Shown piece by piece: positions 1-10,465 of a DNA stretch of 64,000 bases. A program made the translations under genes and the position numbers. How positions within the stretch are numbered: the first letter of the stretch is position 1; every line of letters starts with the position of its first letter. The notes beneath the pieces are model-generated. The model did no database searches. It was not told the DNA's origin and saw nothing but the letters and a program-made list of their open reading frames with translations. The stretch is from an uncultured Gemmatimonadales bacterium (GTDB lineage: Bacteria; Gemmatimonadota; Gemmatimonadetes; Longimicrobiales; RSA9), in contig CAWCUS010000004.1 of NCBI GenBank assembly GCA_963798845.1, positions 416,001-480,000 on the forward strand. Reading direction: 5' to 3'.

Positions 1-387
1 CAGTACGTGACGAAGCCGTTCCGCCTCCTCGAGCTGCTCTCCCGGGTGGAGTCGCTCCTGGACCGGCGCCGGGGGCCGGAGCCGGACGCCGTGATCGAGT
101 TCGGCGACGTGGTGGTGGACACCGCGGCGCGCGCGGTGACCCGTGACGGGGAGCCGATCTCGCTCACGCCCAGGGCCTACGACCTCATGCTCGCACTTGT
201 CCGGCGCGAAGGCGCGGTCGCGTCCCGGGTGGAGCTGCTGAAGGAGGTCTGGGGGCACCGCGGCCGCGTCCTCACCCGGACCGTGGACTCCCACATGGCG
301 GAGCTACGGCGGAAGCTCGAGCCGGAACGCGCGGAGCCCCGCCATTTCCTGACCGTGTGGAAGGTGGGTTACCGCTTCCAGCGCTGA
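1..387 (+). CDS. OmpR/PhoB-family response regulator (5' truncated by window edge)
   Basis: Receiver end YVTKPF followed by a winged-helix domain (LTPRAYDLM...RTVDSHMAELRRKLE...TVWKVGYRF). Confidence 0.92.
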   Translation, partial: QYVTKPFRLLELLSRVESLLDRRRGPEPDAVIEFGDVVVDTAARAVTRDGEPISLTPRAYDLMLALVRREGAVASRVELLKEVWGHRGRVLTRTVDSHMAELRRKLEPERAEPRHFLTVWKVGYRFQR

Positions 388-497
388 GGCGAGCGACGCT
401 TCACACATCTCGCACAAGAGCGGAACGCATCGGTCACCCGCCGCGGTCCGCGACGTGGCATCGTTGATCATCGACCCCCAAACGCTGGAGGCTCTGC

Positions 498-1499
498 ATG
501 ATCTCCCCGAGTCGCCTCGGGTCCCTCGCCCCATGGGCCCGTCTCGCCTGTGTCACGGTCTCGCTCGGCATGCTGGCGGGCGCCGCGCCTCCGCCGCACG
601 CGGCCGCTTCGGCCGAGGCGGTCGCGCCGGATGCCCAGCGAGCGCTGCCCCTGCTGGTGGATGCCGACTGGCTCGCCTCCCACCTGCTGGACCCGGACCT
701 CGTGCTGCTGCACGTCGGGAAGCGGGAAGGGTACGACGGCGGGCACATCCCGGGCGCCCGCTTCATCGAGCTCGCCGACATCTCCACGCCTCACCAAATG
801 GACGACGGCTCGCTCATGCTCGAGCTGCCGCCGCCCGCGCAGCTCCGTGCGACGCTGGAGCGGCTCGGCGTATCGGATGACAGCCGGATCGTCGTCTACT
901 GGGGCGAGGACTGGGTCTCGCCCGCCACGCGCGTGCTCTTCACCCTCGACTACCTGGGCCTCGGCGGCCGGAGCGCGTTGCTGAACGGCGGGATGCCCGC
1001 GTGGCGCAGAGCCGGAAATGCGGTTACGGCCGAGGCGGCGCCCATCCGGACCGGGAAACTGCGCGCGCGCCCCGTGCGCGACGTGGTGGCCACGCTCGCG
1101 GACGTGCGGGCGCTCTCCGGGAACGGGCGTTCGGCCCCGTCATCGTCCAGCAACGGAGCCCGGCTCCTGGACGCCAGGGCGGCCGTGTTCTACGAGGGAG
1201 TGGAGGAGGGGAATGGCCGCCGAGGGCACATCCCCGGCGCCGCGAGCCTCCCGTTCACGGACGTGGTGGATGACCAGCTCATGTTCCGCCCCGAGGCGCT
1301 GGCGCGGAGGTTCCGTGCGGCGGGCGTGGTTCCAGGGGACACCGTGGTCGCCTACTGCCACATCGGGCAGCAGGCCACCGCGGTGGTGTTCGCGGCGCGC
1401 GTGCTGGGCATCGGAGCGAAGCTGTTCGATGGCTCCATGCAGGACTGGGCTCGCCACGCCGAGGATCCGGTGGAGGCGGGGGCGGGGAGGACGCCGTGA
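498..1499 (+). CDS. Exported tandem-domain sulfurtransferase (rhodanese/SseA-like)
   Basis: N-terminal signal-like segment, two GHIPGA motifs, LNGG and FDGS motifs, active-site loop YCHIGQQA. Confidence 0.88.
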   Translation: MISPSRLGSLAPWARLACVTVSLGMLAGAAPPPHAAASAEAVAPDAQRALPLLVDADWLASHLLDPDLVLLHVGKREGYDGGHIPGARFIELADISTPHQMDDGSLMLELPPPAQLRATLERLGVSDDSRIVVYWGEDWVSPATRVLFTLDYLGLGGRSALLNGGMPAWRRAGNAVTAEAAPIRTGKLRARPVRDVVATLADVRALSGNGRSAPSSSSNGARLLDARAAVFYEGVEEGNGRRGHIPGAASLPFTDVVDDQLMFRPEALARRFRAAGVVPGDTVVAYCHIGQQATAVVFAARVLGIGAKLFDGSMQDWARHAEDPVEAGAGRTP

Positions 1500-2014
1500 C
1501 GCGCGGCCGACCGTACCTGGACCCGTACGTCGCGGGGGTCGGCATCGGGCTGGTGCTGCTCGCGGCGTACGTGGTAGCCGGCCGAGGGCTCGGAGCGTCC
1601 GGCGCCTTCGCGAGCGTGGTGGCCTCGGGCGCGGCGGCGGTGGCCGGGAAGGGAGCCGCCGCCCACCCGGCGCTGGCGCCCTACCTCGACCGGGGGGTGG
1701 CGAGTCCGCTCCACGACTGGCTCGTGTTCGAGCTGGTGGGCGTGACTGTGGGCGGGTTCGCCTCGGCGCTCCTTGCCGGCCGCTTCCGGCTCGCGGTGGA
1801 GCGCGGCCCGCGCATCACGGCGCGAGCCCGCCTCGCGACGGCGCTGGCCGGCGGCGCGATCATGGGCTTCGGGGCCAAGCTGGCCCGCGGCTGCACCAGC
1901 GGGCAGGCGCTCACGGGCGGCGCTCTGCTCAGCGTCGGCGGCTGGATCTTCATTGCGGCCACCTTCGCCGCCGGCTACCTGACGGCGCCGCTGGCACGGC
2001 GGGTGTGGCGGTGA
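1496..2014 (+). CDS. YeeE/YedE-family sulfur compound transporter, first half
   Basis: Hydrophobic; GLGASG and LARGCTSG motifs; GTGA overlap with the upstream gene. Confidence 0.88.
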   Translation: MTRGRPYLDPYVAGVGIGLVLLAAYVVAGRGLGASGAFASVVASGAAAVAGKGAAAHPALAPYLDRGVASPLHDWLVFELVGVTVGGFASALLAGRFRLAVERGPRITARARLATALAGGAIMGFGAKLARGCTSGQALTGGALLSVGGWIFIAATFAAGYLTAPLARRVWR

Positions 2015-2598
2015 CTGCTCCGCTCCTTCCCGACGGAGGCAGCGGACTCGCTTCGGCGCTGGCTCTCGGGGTGGCGTTCGGGTTCTTCCTGGAGCGCGCC
2101 GGCCTCGGCAACGCCCGGAAGCTGGCGGCGCAGTTCCACTTCACGGACCTGACGGTGTTCAAGGTCCTGTTCACGGCCGTGGTCGCTGCCATGCTCGGGG
2201 CGTTCTGGCTCGGGCGCATCGGCGTGCTGGACCTGGGCGCCGTTTACGTCCCGGAGACGTGGCTCCTCCCGCAGCTCGCGGGCGGCGCCGTCTTCGGCGC
2301 CGGCTTCGCCATCGCCGGGCTGTGCCCGGGCACCTCCTGCATCGCGTCCGCGTCCGGACGCCTGGACGGCGTGGCCGCCATGGCCGGGATGTTCGTGGGG
2401 ATCGCCGTCTTCGACGCCGCCTTCCCGGCGATCCGCCCCTTCTATGACGCAACCCCGCGCGGGACGCTCACCATTCCCGGGCTCCTGGGGCTGGATACCG
2501 GTGTGGTCGCCCTCTTCGTCGTTGCCGTCGCCCTGGCCGCCTTCCTTGCAGCGGAGCGGATCGAGCGGAGCCACGGTGCCGGACCGGTGGAGCCGTGA
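2011..2598 (+). CDS. YeeE/YedE-family sulfur compound transporter, second half
   Basis: GTG at 2011 overlaps the previous stop; FGFFLERAG and GLCPGT motifs; this is the C-terminal part of track ORF 1018..2598. Confidence 0.88.
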   Translation: MTAPLLPDGGSGLASALALGVAFGFFLERAGLGNARKLAAQFHFTDLTVFKVLFTAVVAAMLGAFWLGRIGVLDLGAVYVPETWLLPQLAGGAVFGAGFAIAGLCPGTSCIASASGRLDGVAAMAGMFVGIAVFDAAFPAIRPFYDATPRGTLTIPGLLGLDTGVVALFVVAVALAAFLAAERIERSHGAGPVEP

Positions 2599-3281
2599 GC
2601 GCGTCGCGCACCATGCGCGCGCGGCGGGCCCTGGCGCTCACCGCGGTCGTGCTCGGGGCCGGGGCTGCCATGGTGCGGAACCCCCGCCCGCCCGCGCGCG
2701 TCGACGTCCTGGCGCTGGCCGAGACGATCGGCGCGGAGCGAGACCACGTCTCCGCTCCCACGCTCGCCCGGTGGATCCGGGACGGCCGTCACGGCCTCAT
2801 CGTTCTCGACCTCCGGCCTCCGGCCGATTACGAAGCGCTCCACATCCCGGGTGCGGAGTCGGTGACGCTCCGGGAGCTGGCGACCCGCAGGCTGCCGAAG
2901 GATGCACCCATCGTCCTGTACTCGGAGGGCGGCGCGCACGCGGGGCAGGGTTGGGTTCTGCTCAGGGCCCGGGGGTACCGGCGCGTCTGGTTCCTCCGCG
3001 AGGGCGTTTACGAATGGGTCTCGCGCGTCCTCGAGCCCCGCCTCGCCGTCAATGCCACCCCGGCGGAAGAGGCCGCGTTCGCGGCGATCGCCTCCGTCAG
3101 CCGGTACTTCGGCGGAGTCCCGCGCCGTGGGGTGCCCCGCGCGGAGGTCCCGACCGGCTACTGGTCCGAAGCCGGCAGCGCGGGCGAGGCCGATGTCGAT
3201 TCTCCGAAAACCGTCGACGCCACGGCGGGCCGCGCCGGCGTCCATCGTGAGTCACACCGGATCCGCCGTCGCGGCTGTTGA
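2595..3281 (+). CDS. Membrane-anchored/exported rhodanese-like protein with C-terminal RRRGC tail
   Basis: LDLR...HIPGA rhodanese motifs; catalytic-loop position reads YSEGG (no Cys); the only Cys is the last residue. Confidence 0.8.
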   Translation: MSASRTMRARRALALTAVVLGAGAAMVRNPRPPARVDVLALAETIGAERDHVSAPTLARWIRDGRHGLIVLDLRPPADYEALHIPGAESVTLRELATRRLPKDAPIVLYSEGGAHAGQGWVLLRARGYRRVWFLREGVYEWVSRVLEPRLAVNATPAEEAAFAAIASVSRYFGGVPRRGVPRAEVPTGYWSEAGSAGEADVDSPKTVDATAGRAGVHRESHRIRRRGC

Positions 3282-3453
3282 GGGGCGCCACGTGAGCGTC
3301 CGGCCCGGCGGGCGTCCGGCCCCGCGACGAGGGTCAGAGCGGGCACGAGGGTGCAGCCTGGAGCGTTGGAGACCCGCCGCGCCACTTGCCGAGCCGACCT
3401 CCGGCGCGCATGAGTAGATGGTCCGCCTGCCCACACTCTCCCGGAGACCGCTC

Positions 3454-4002
3454 ATGAACAGACTTCGCTTCTGCGGCATCGCCGCGCTGCTGATCCCCGG
3501 AATGCTCGTCGCCCAGCAGCCCGCTCCGTCCGGAGCCAATCCCACGACCGAGGCCGCGCAGCAGATGAGCGCCCGCTTCGGCGGCCTGCTCACGAGCGCC
3601 GCCGACGAAGTGCCGGCCGACAAGCTGTCGTACAAGCCCACCGACGCGCAGCGGACGTTCGGCCAGGTCTGGGCGCACCTCGCGGAGGCGAACCGCACCA
3701 TCTGCAGCGCCATCGGCGGAATGAGCGCCCCCGACACTCCGCACCGCGAGGGAACGGAGCCGAAGGACACGCTCGTCAGCGAGCTGAAAGCCTCCTTCAC
3801 CTTCTGTGACCGGGCGCTCGCCGCCACCGACGACAGCAAGCTCGCCGAGCAGGTCGACCTGGGCTTCATGAAGGCGACGCGGGCGATGGCCATGTTCATC
3901 TACGTCGATGACCTCGCGGACCACTACAGCCAGGTGGCGACCTACATGCGACTCAACGACATGCTCCCGCCAAGCGCGAGACGCACCGGCGGCCCGGAGT
4001 AG
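3454..4002 (+). CDS. Exported DinB-family protein
   Basis: Signal peptide; YKPT..RTFGQVWAHL and DHYSQVATYMRLNDMLPP DinB-type motifs; GGAG upstream of ATG 3454. Confidence 0.8.
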   Translation: MNRLRFCGIAALLIPGMLVAQQPAPSGANPTTEAAQQMSARFGGLLTSAADEVPADKLSYKPTDAQRTFGQVWAHLAEANRTICSAIGGMSAPDTPHREGTEPKDTLVSELKASFTFCDRALAATDDSKLAEQVDLGFMKATRAMAMFIYVDDLADHYSQVATYMRLNDMLPPSARRTGGPE

Positions 4003-4083
4003 GCGGGGGGCTTCCCCGCTCCGGCGCGGCAAGGGCTCAGCGCGCGCCCGACCGCTCGGCAGCTCGAGCGGGAGGGCGCGCGC

Positions 4084-4137
4084 TTGCCAGTTCGGCCCCC
4101 TATAGATATCATTTCATATCTATCGATTCCGATATCG
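4084..4137 (+). promoter_or_regulatory. Sigma70-like promoter with overlapping inverted-repeat operator (probable PadR site)
   Basis: TTGCCA (4084-4089), 17-bp spacer, TATCAT (4107-4112); inverted repeat ATAGATAT-N6-ATATCTAT (4102-4123) in an AT-rich island directly upstream of padR. Confidence 0.65.
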
Positions 4138-4151
4138 AGCCTGGAGCGCCC

Positions 4152-4469
4152 ATGGACATCAAGAGCTTCCACATCCTGGTCGTGCTGGCGGGGGGACCGC
4201 TGCACGGATACGGGATCCGCCGGGAGGTGGAGACGTGGACGGAGGGGGAAGTGCGGCTGTGGCCGGCGACGCTGTACGGGACGCTGTCGGAGCTGGAAAA
4301 GGAGGGTTGGATCGAGGAGACGGCGTCGCCGGGAGGGGCGGATGACGACGCGCGCCGGAAGTACTACAGGCTGACGGCGGCGGGCCGGAGCGCGCTGAGC
4401 GCGGAGGCGGCGCGGCTGGAGGGACTGGCGCGGCTTGCGCGGTCGCGTCTCGTGGCGGAGGCGGGGTGA
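4152..4469 (+). CDS. PadR-family transcriptional regulator
   Basis: GPLHGYGI...ATLYGTLSELEKEGWI...RRKYYRLT PadR signature. Confidence 0.93.
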   Translation: MDIKSFHILVVLAGGPLHGYGIRREVETWTEGEVRLWPATLYGTLSELEKEGWIEETASPGGADDDARRKYYRLTAAGRSALSAEAARLEGLARLARSRLVAEAG

Positions 4470-7174
4470 TGGGCGGGGCTGGCCGGACGGTGGAGGCGGC
4501 GACGCGTGTGTACCGGTGGGCATCCCGCATGCTGCCGCCGGACTTCCGGGAGGCGTACGGCGAGGAGCTTGAAGCGACGTTCCGGGACATCGCGGCGGAA
4601 GTGCGGCGGCGTCGGGGCCGGGTCGCCGTGGCGTCGGCGCTGACCCGGTCGCTGGCGGACCTGGTGCTGCACGCGCCGAAGGAGCACCTGGCGGCAGCGC
4701 GTGCCGGGGTGCTGGGGCCGGGGAGCGGATGGAGCGGAACGTGGCTGGATGTTCGCCAGGCGGCGCGTCGCCTGGCGAGGCGGCCGGGGTTCGCGGCATC
4801 GAGCGTGCTGACGCTGGCGCTGGGCATCGCGGCGGCGACGTCGGTGTTCAGCCTGGTTTACGGGGTGGTGCTGAGCCCGCTTCCGTATCCGGACTCGGAC
4901 CGTGTGGTGCGGGTGGACCACGGCGCCGAGAAGCTCGGGTATCCGTGGGGTCTGGGAGTGACGTACGGGTTCTACCGGTTCTATGCCGCGCGGGTCCATC
5001 AGGCGGAGTCAATGGCGATGTACCAGCGCATGGAGCTGACGTTGACGGGCGAGGGGGATCCCGTGCGGCTGGACGGCGTTCGGGCGACGCCGTCGCTGGC
5101 GACGGTGCTGCGGGTGCGCGCCGAGCAGGGCCGGTGGCTCACGGCCGAGGAGGGGGAGGTCGGGGCGGCACCGGTCGTGGTGCTGTCGAACCGCGTGTGG
5201 CGCGACGAACTGGGCGGCGACCCCGGGGTCGTGGGCCGGACCGTGGAGCTGAACGGGGAAGCGCGCGAAGTGGTGGGGGTGATGCCGGCGGACTTCGCCT
5301 TCCCCGAGGCGAAGACGGACTTCTGGGTTCCGCGGGTCGTGCCCGCGACGGGTGTGGGAGGATGGAACGAGCAGGCGGTGGCGCGGCTGGCGCCGGGAGC
5401 GACGCCCGCGTCGCTGGCGGAAGAGATGTCGTCGCTGTACCCGACGCTCCGGGAGACCACCGATGACCCCGGGCGCGTGAACGAATACCTGGACAACGCC
5501 GGGATCTTTCCGCGCGTGGTGACGCTGAAGGCCGACACCGTGGGCGACGTGCGATCGACGCTCTGGATCCTGCTCGGCGCGGTCGGCTTCGTGCTCCTGG
5601 TGGCGGTGGCGAACGTAGCCAACCTGTTCCTCGTGCGGGCGGAAGACGGTCAGCGGGACACCGCCTTGCGAGCGGCGCTCGGGGCAGGGCGAGCGCGCAT
5701 CTTCCGGGGCTATGTGGCCGAGACGCTCATGATTTCGGCCGCCGCCGGCGGGCTGGGGATCGCCGGGGCGGCGGGTGCCGTGCGGCTGCTGAAGCTGCAT
5801 GCGCCCGTGAACGTTCCTCGCCTGACGGAGGTGGGGCTGGATGGAACCGTGCTGGCCGTGGCGATCGGCGCCGTTCTGGCGGCCGCGCTGCTCCTCGGCC
5901 TGGCGCCCGCGATCCGCGGCCCTCGGGAGCTGGGCTCGTCGCTCAAGGAAGGAGGGCGGGGGAGCACGGGAGGCCGCCGACGGCTGCGGGGGCGGAACGT
6001 GCTGGTTGCCGCACAGGTGGCGCTGGCGCTGGTGCTGCTCATCGGCTCGGGGCTGCTGTTCCGGACGTTCCAGGAGCTGCGCGCGGTGGACCCGGGCTTC
6101 GCCACGCGCCGCGCCCTCACGTTCGAGCTGGGGCTGCCGTCGAACCGTTACCCGGACCAGGAACGGGAGCGTGCGTTCGCCGAGCGCCTGCTGCCGACGC
6201 TGCGCGCACTCCCGGGGGTGGAGTCGGTCGCCGCCATCGCCGGGTGCCTCCCCCTCTCGGGCAATCTCTGCTGGGGCGAGACGCTGGAAGCGGAGGGGTA
6301 CCCGAACGCCGCCGGCGAGGTGCCGCCCGTCACGGGCGCCCGGGTAGCGTCGACCGACTACTTCGAAACGCTGGGCATCCCCGTTCGTGGCCGCACATTC
6401 TTGCAGGCCGACGCGCGCGACTCCGCCTCCGTCGCGATCCTGAGCGAACGGGCTGCCGAGGCGTACTTCGCTGGCGATGACCCGATCGGCCGCCGCATCC
6501 GCTTCGGCGAGGATTCGCCGTGGCTCACCATCGTCGGGGTGGCCGGGAACGTGAAGGCGCGGGTCGCCAGCGACGACTTCCAGGGCTTGATCTACCTCCC
6601 GCTCACCCCGGCGTCGGCCGGCGGCCCGCCGCCCACCACCATGGACTACATCCTGAAGACGACGGTCCCCGCCAGCTCCCTCGCGGGCGCCGCCCGGCGC
6701 GCCGTCCACGAGATCGACCCGGCGCTCCCCCTCGGCCAGGTCCGTACCCTCCAGTCCGTCATCGGCGACGCGACCGCACCCACCGCGTTCGCCCTCGCCC
6801 TCGTCGGGCTCGCGGCCGTCATGGCGCTCCTCCTCGGCGCCGTGGGCGTCTACTCCGTCGTCGCGTACGCAGTCAGCCGTCGCACCGCCGAGATCGGCAT
6901 CCGCATCGCGCTCGGCGCCCGCCGCGGCGACGTCCAGCGCATGGTCGTCCGGCAGGGCGGGGCGGTGGTGCTCTCCGGGGTCGCGGTAGGGCTGCTTGCC
7001 GCCCTCCTGCTCACGCGCCTCATGGCCGGCCTCCTGTTCGGAGTGGCACCCACCGATCCCGTGGCCTACCTGGCGCTCACCGGAGTCATGATCGCCGTGG
7101 CCGGCGTCGCTCTCTGGTTCCCGGCCAGGCGCGCCTCGCGCGTCCAGCCGGCGGAAGCGCTCCGCGCCGAATAG
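4466..7174 (+). CDS. ADOP-type duplicated ABC transporter permease (MacB/FtsX-like)
   Basis: [50 protein letters not shown]; two MacB-PCD/FtsX halves. Confidence 0.92.
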   Translation: MMGGAGRTVEAATRVYRWASRMLPPDFREAYGEELEATFRDIAAEVRRRRGRVAVASALTRSLADLVLHAPKEHLAAARAGVLGPGSGWSGTWLDVRQAARRLARRPGFAASSVLTLALGIAAATSVFSLVYGVVLSPLPYPDSDRVVRVDHGAEKLGYPWGLGVTYGFYRFYAARVHQAESMAMYQRMELTLTGEGDPVRLDGVRATPSLATVLRVRAEQGRWLTAEEGEVGAAPVVVLSNRVWRDELGGDPGVVGRTVELNGEAREVVGVMPADFAFPEAKTDFWVPRVVPATGVGGWNEQAVARLAPGATPASLAEEMSSLYPTLRETTDDPGRVNEYLDNAGIFPRVVTLKADTVGDVRSTLWILLGAVGFVLLVAVANVANLFLVRAEDGQRDTALRAALGAGRARIFRGYVAETLMISAAAGGLGIAGAAGAVRLLKLHAPVNVPRLTEVGLDGTVLAVAIGAVLAAALLLGLAPAIRGPRELGSSLKEGGRGSTGGRRRLRGRNVLVAAQVALALVLLIGSGLLFRTFQELRAVDPGFATRRALTFELGLPSNRYPDQERERAFAERLLPTLRALPGVESVAAIAGCLPLSGNLCWGETLEAEGYPNAAGEVPPVTGARVASTDYFETLGIPVRGRTFLQADARDSASVAILSERAAEAYFAGDDPIGRRIRFGEDSPWLTIVGVAGNVKARVASDDFQGLIYLPLTPASAGGPPPTTMDYILKTTVPASSLAGAARRAVHEIDPALPLGQVRTLQSVIGDATAPTAFALALVGLAAVMALLLGAVGVYSVVAYAVSRRTAEIGIRIALGARRGDVQRMVVRQGGAVVLSGVAVGLLAALLLTRLMAGLLFGVAPTDPVAYLALTGVMIAVAGVALWFPARRASRVQPAEALRAE

Positions 7175-7307
7175 CGGCGCGCCTCCCCCAGCATGCCCGG
7201 CCGGCGGTCCGCCGCCGAGCCGATGCCCGGCACTGGCCAGTGTGGACCACGCCTCTCCGGCGGCCCGCCCCGTCCACTCTCCGGGCGGGCCGGCTCCTAC
7301 CCCTTGC

Positions 7308-7346
7308 GTTCCGATGGGAACCGTGAACATGTTTTCCCATCGGAAC
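7308..7346. promoter_or_regulatory. Perfect 13-bp inverted repeat (probable PadR operator)
   Basis: GTTCCGATGGGAA (7308-7320), 13-bp spacer, TTCCCATCGGAAC (7334-7346), 15 bp upstream of the second padR start; TTGCGT -35-like box at 7304. Confidence 0.65.
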
Positions 7347-7361
7347 CCGAGGGAGAGAGCG

Positions 7362-7712
7362 ATGACGGCCGCGAATACGGACATCCTGAGAGGGACGCTG
7401 GACCTGTTGATCCTGAAGGCGCTGAGCTGGAATCCGAGCCACGGCTACGGGGTGGCGAAGTGGATCGAGAGTGCGACCGGGGACGTGCTGTCGGTGGGGG
7501 AGGGGTCGCTGTACCCGGCGCTGCACCGGCTGGAGGAGCGGGGGTGGATCCGTGCGCAGTGGGGGGTGAGCGAGAACAACCGGCGTGCGAAGTACTACGA
7601 GCTCACGTCGCAGGGCCGCAAACAGCTGGAGGCGGAGACCCTGAGCTGGCGGCGTTACGCCGAGGCGGTGTTCGCCGCGCTCGAGGCGCCGGCCCGTCCC
7701 GCGCTGGCGTGA
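7362..7712 (+). CDS. PadR-family transcriptional regulator (Acidobacterial type)
   Basis: [54 protein letters not shown] before ATG 7362. Confidence 0.93.
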   Translation: MTAANTDILRGTLDLLILKALSWNPSHGYGVAKWIESATGDVLSVGEGSLYPALHRLEERGWIRAQWGVSENNRRAKYYELTSQGRKQLEAETLSWRRYAEAVFAALEAPARPALA

Positions 7713-7719
7713 GGTCGCG

Positions 7720-10401
7720 GTGAGTGCGGGTCATCGGAGGCTGGCGGAGCGGTGGCGTCATCTTCTGGGAGGCGACGCGGGACGGGACATCGAGGATGAG
7801 GTTGCGTTCCACCTCTCGATGCGGGCGCGTGAGCTCGAAGCGATCGGGGAGCATCCGGAGCGGGCGAGGGAGCTTGCCGCGGCGCGCTTCGGGGACGTGG
7901 CGGAGGTCCGGCGGGAGTGCGAGGGGATCGCTCGACGGAGGGAGCACAGGATGGCGAGGGTCGAGTACGCGGAGGAGCTGAGACAGGATGCACGCTTCGC
8001 GGCGCGGACGCTGGCGCGGAATCCGGCGTTCACGGCAGTGGCGGTGGCGACGCTGGTTCTCGGGATCGGTGCGAGCTCGGCGATCTTCAGCGTGGTGAAC
8101 GGCGTGCTTCTCCGTCCGCTTCCGTTCCCGCAGCCGGAGCGGGTGGTCCAGTGGGGTTGGAGCTGGGGGGCGGAGGCGGGTGTGAACGGGGCGGTGAGCG
8201 CGTACGAGCTGGAGTACTTCGGCGAGCGCGCGGAGTCGTTCGAAGCCGTGACGACGTACCGGGGATTCTCGGCCGGGCTCGTCCAGGGTGCGGAGGAGAC
8301 GGGTGTGCGCGGCCTCCGGGTCTCCGAAGGGTTCCTGGACGTGGTCGGACACCGCATGGCCGCGGGTCGGTGGTTCTCGCCCGGAGAGTCGGAGCCGGGC
8401 GGGCCGCCGGTGGTGGTTCTGGGGGCCGGGCTCTGGCGGAGCCGGTTCGGGGGGGACCCGGGCGTGGTCGGTCGCGCGCTGTCGCTGGGAGGCGAGGTCC
8501 GGACCGTGATCGGCGTGATGGCCGGAGGATTCCGCTTTCCTCAGGCGCCCGAGTACACGGACTTCTTCGTCCCGTTGCAGCTCGAGGCGGACCCGCGGGA
8601 CCAGGGGCACAACTACCCGGTGCTGGGCCGGCTCGCCGAGGGTGTGGACGAGGCGCGGGCCGGCGCCGAGCTGGCGGCGCTGAGCGACCGTTTCCGACAG
8701 GAGCACCCGGAGCTGGTGCAGAACGACCGGGAGGGAATGGGGATCACGAGCTTCCAGAAGATCTACGTCGGCTCGCTGAGCGCGGTCCTGTGGACGCTCC
8801 TGGCGGCAGTGGGGCTGGTGCTTCTGATCGCGTGCGCGAACGTGGCGAACCTGCTGCTGGCGCGGACGAGCGACCGGCAGCGGGAGCTGGCCATCCGGTC
8901 GGCCGTGGGAGCGAGCCGTGGTCGGCTGGTCCGGCAGATCCTGACGGAGAGCGTGACGCTGTCCACCGTGGCCGCCGCGCTCGGTCTCGGGCTTGCGGCG
9001 TGGGCCACGCCCGCGCTGCTGGCGGCGATGCCGGCGCAGCTGCCGCGGGCGGCGGAGGTCGGGGTGGATGTGCGCGTGATCGGTTTCACTGCGGGAGCGG
9101 CGCTCGTGACCGCCGTGGTGTTCGGGTTGCTGGCGGCGCTGCCGTCCTCGAAACGTGGGGCGATGGAAGCGTTGCGGGAGGGCGGGCGGGGCGCCCCCGG
9201 GGGAGGAGGTCTGCGGAACGGGCTGATCACTGCCGAGGCAGCGGTGGCGCTGGTGCTCCTCATGGGCGCGGTGCTGCTGGTGTCGACGGTGTCGGCGCTG
9301 CGGGCGGTCGACCCCGGCTTCCAGCCGCGCGGGCTGATCACGGCGACGATCCCGCGGTGGCCAGACCGCTATGACGATCCGGCGGTGATGGCGGCGTTCG
9401 AGGAGACGCTCCTCCAGCGGCTGGTGCCGGCGGAAGGGTCGCCGATCCTGGCGGCGGGGCTGTCGACGAGCATCCCGCTGGAGCGAGGCTGGAACCTGCC
9501 GATGGAGGTGGAGGGGCGGCCGGCCACGTCCACCGGGGACGTGGAGTGGCGCTCGGTGTCCCCCGGCTACTTCGACGCCGTGGGCACGCCGATCGTGCGC
9601 GGTCGTGGCTTCACCACGGCGGACGGAGCCGGAGCGCCGCCGGTGGTGATCGTCAACGAATCGTTCGTGCGGCAGTATTTTCCGGACGAGGACCCGATCG
9701 GGCAGCGAATCGCGATCGGCCGGTACCAGGGCGAGTGGATCCACCCCGGGTTCGAAAGGGAGGCGGCGGAGATCGTGGGTGTGGTGGCGGACATGAGGGA
9801 GCTGGCCCTGCGGACGCCGCCGAAGCGGACGATGCTGGTTCCCAGGGCGCAGGCGACGATGGCCAGTCCGCCCGTCATCCTGCTTCGATCGGATCGGCCG
9901 GCCGCCGCCATGGCTCGCCTGAGGGATGCGGTCGCGGCTGCCGGCCCGGCGCTGCCGCCACCGGCCATCCGCCCCATGACGGAGGTCATCGGGGAGTCGC
10001 TGGGCAGGGAGCGCTTCCAGGCGCTTCTCATGACGCTCTTTGCCGGGCTGGCGCTGGCGCTCACCGCGGTCGGCATCTTCGGCGTGGTGAGCTATGGGGT
10101 GCGCCGCCGCCGGGCCGAGATCGGTATCCGCATGGCCATGGGCGCCCGCGCGGCCGACGTGACCTGGCTGGTGACCCGCCAGGGGATGGTGCCCGTGCTC
10201 ATCGGCCTGGGCATCGGGCTGGCCGTGTCGCTGCTCCTGGTCCGGCTCATCCGGGGCATGATCTGGGGGGTGAGCGCCACGGACCCGCTCACGCTCGCCC
10301 TGGTCATCGGTGGGCTGGGGGCCGTGGCGCTCGTGGCGAGCTGGGTGCCGGCGCGCCAGGCCGCGGGCGCGGACCCCGCCATGGCGCTGCGGCAGGAGTG
10401 A
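7720..10401 (+). CDS. ADOP-type duplicated ABC transporter permease
   Basis: N-terminal DIEDEVAFHL..ARFGD prefix domain; LLIACANVANLLLAR; EIGIRMAMGA; C-terminal ALRQE. Confidence 0.92.
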   Translation: MSAGHRRLAERWRHLLGGDAGRDIEDEVAFHLSMRARELEAIGEHPERARELAAARFGDVAEVRRECEGIARRREHRMARVEYAEELRQDARFAARTLARNPAFTAVAVATLVLGIGASSAIFSVVNGVLLRPLPFPQPERVVQWGWSWGAEAGVNGAVSAYELEYFGERAESFEAVTTYRGFSAGLVQGAEETGVRGLRVSEGFLDVVGHRMAAGRWFSPGESEPGGPPVVVLGAGLWRSRFGGDPGVVGRALSLGGEVRTVIGVMAGGFRFPQAPEYTDFFVPLQLEADPRDQGHNYPVLGRLAEGVDEARAGAELAALSDRFRQEHPELVQNDREGMGITSFQKIYVGSLSAVLWTLLAAVGLVLLIACANVANLLLARTSDRQRELAIRSAVGASRGRLVRQILTESVTLSTVAAALGLGLAAWATPALLAAMPAQLPRAAEVGVDVRVIGFTAGAALVTAVVFGLLAALPSSKRGAMEALREGGRGAPGGGGLRNGLITAEAAVALVLLMGAVLLVSTVSALRAVDPGFQPRGLITATIPRWPDRYDDPAVMAAFEETLLQRLVPAEGSPILAAGLSTSIPLERGWNLPMEVEGRPATSTGDVEWRSVSPGYFDAVGTPIVRGRGFTTADGAGAPPVVIVNESFVRQYFPDEDPIGQRIAIGRYQGEWIHPGFEREAAEIVGVVADMRELALRTPPKRTMLVPRAQATMASPPVILLRSDRPAAAMARLRDAVAAAGPALPPPAIRPMTEVIGESLGRERFQALLMTLFAGLALALTAVGIFGVVSYGVRRRRAEIGIRMAMGARAADVTWLVTRQGMVPVLIGLGIGLAVSLLLVRLIRGMIWGVSATDPLTLALVIGGLGAVALVASWVPARQAAGADPAMALRQE

Positions 10402-10465
10402 CACCGCCCCGACGGCACCTGCCGGACCTCACAGCGGGGATCGGCAACGCGCGGCTGCGGGCGGC

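Noticed and set aside
3273..3330. Selenocysteine readthrough at GGC TGT TGA GGG (G-C-U-G like)
   Set aside because: No convincing bacterial SECIS is distinguishable from generic GC-rich pairing, the downstream frame does not look protein-like, and TGA is the usual stop here.
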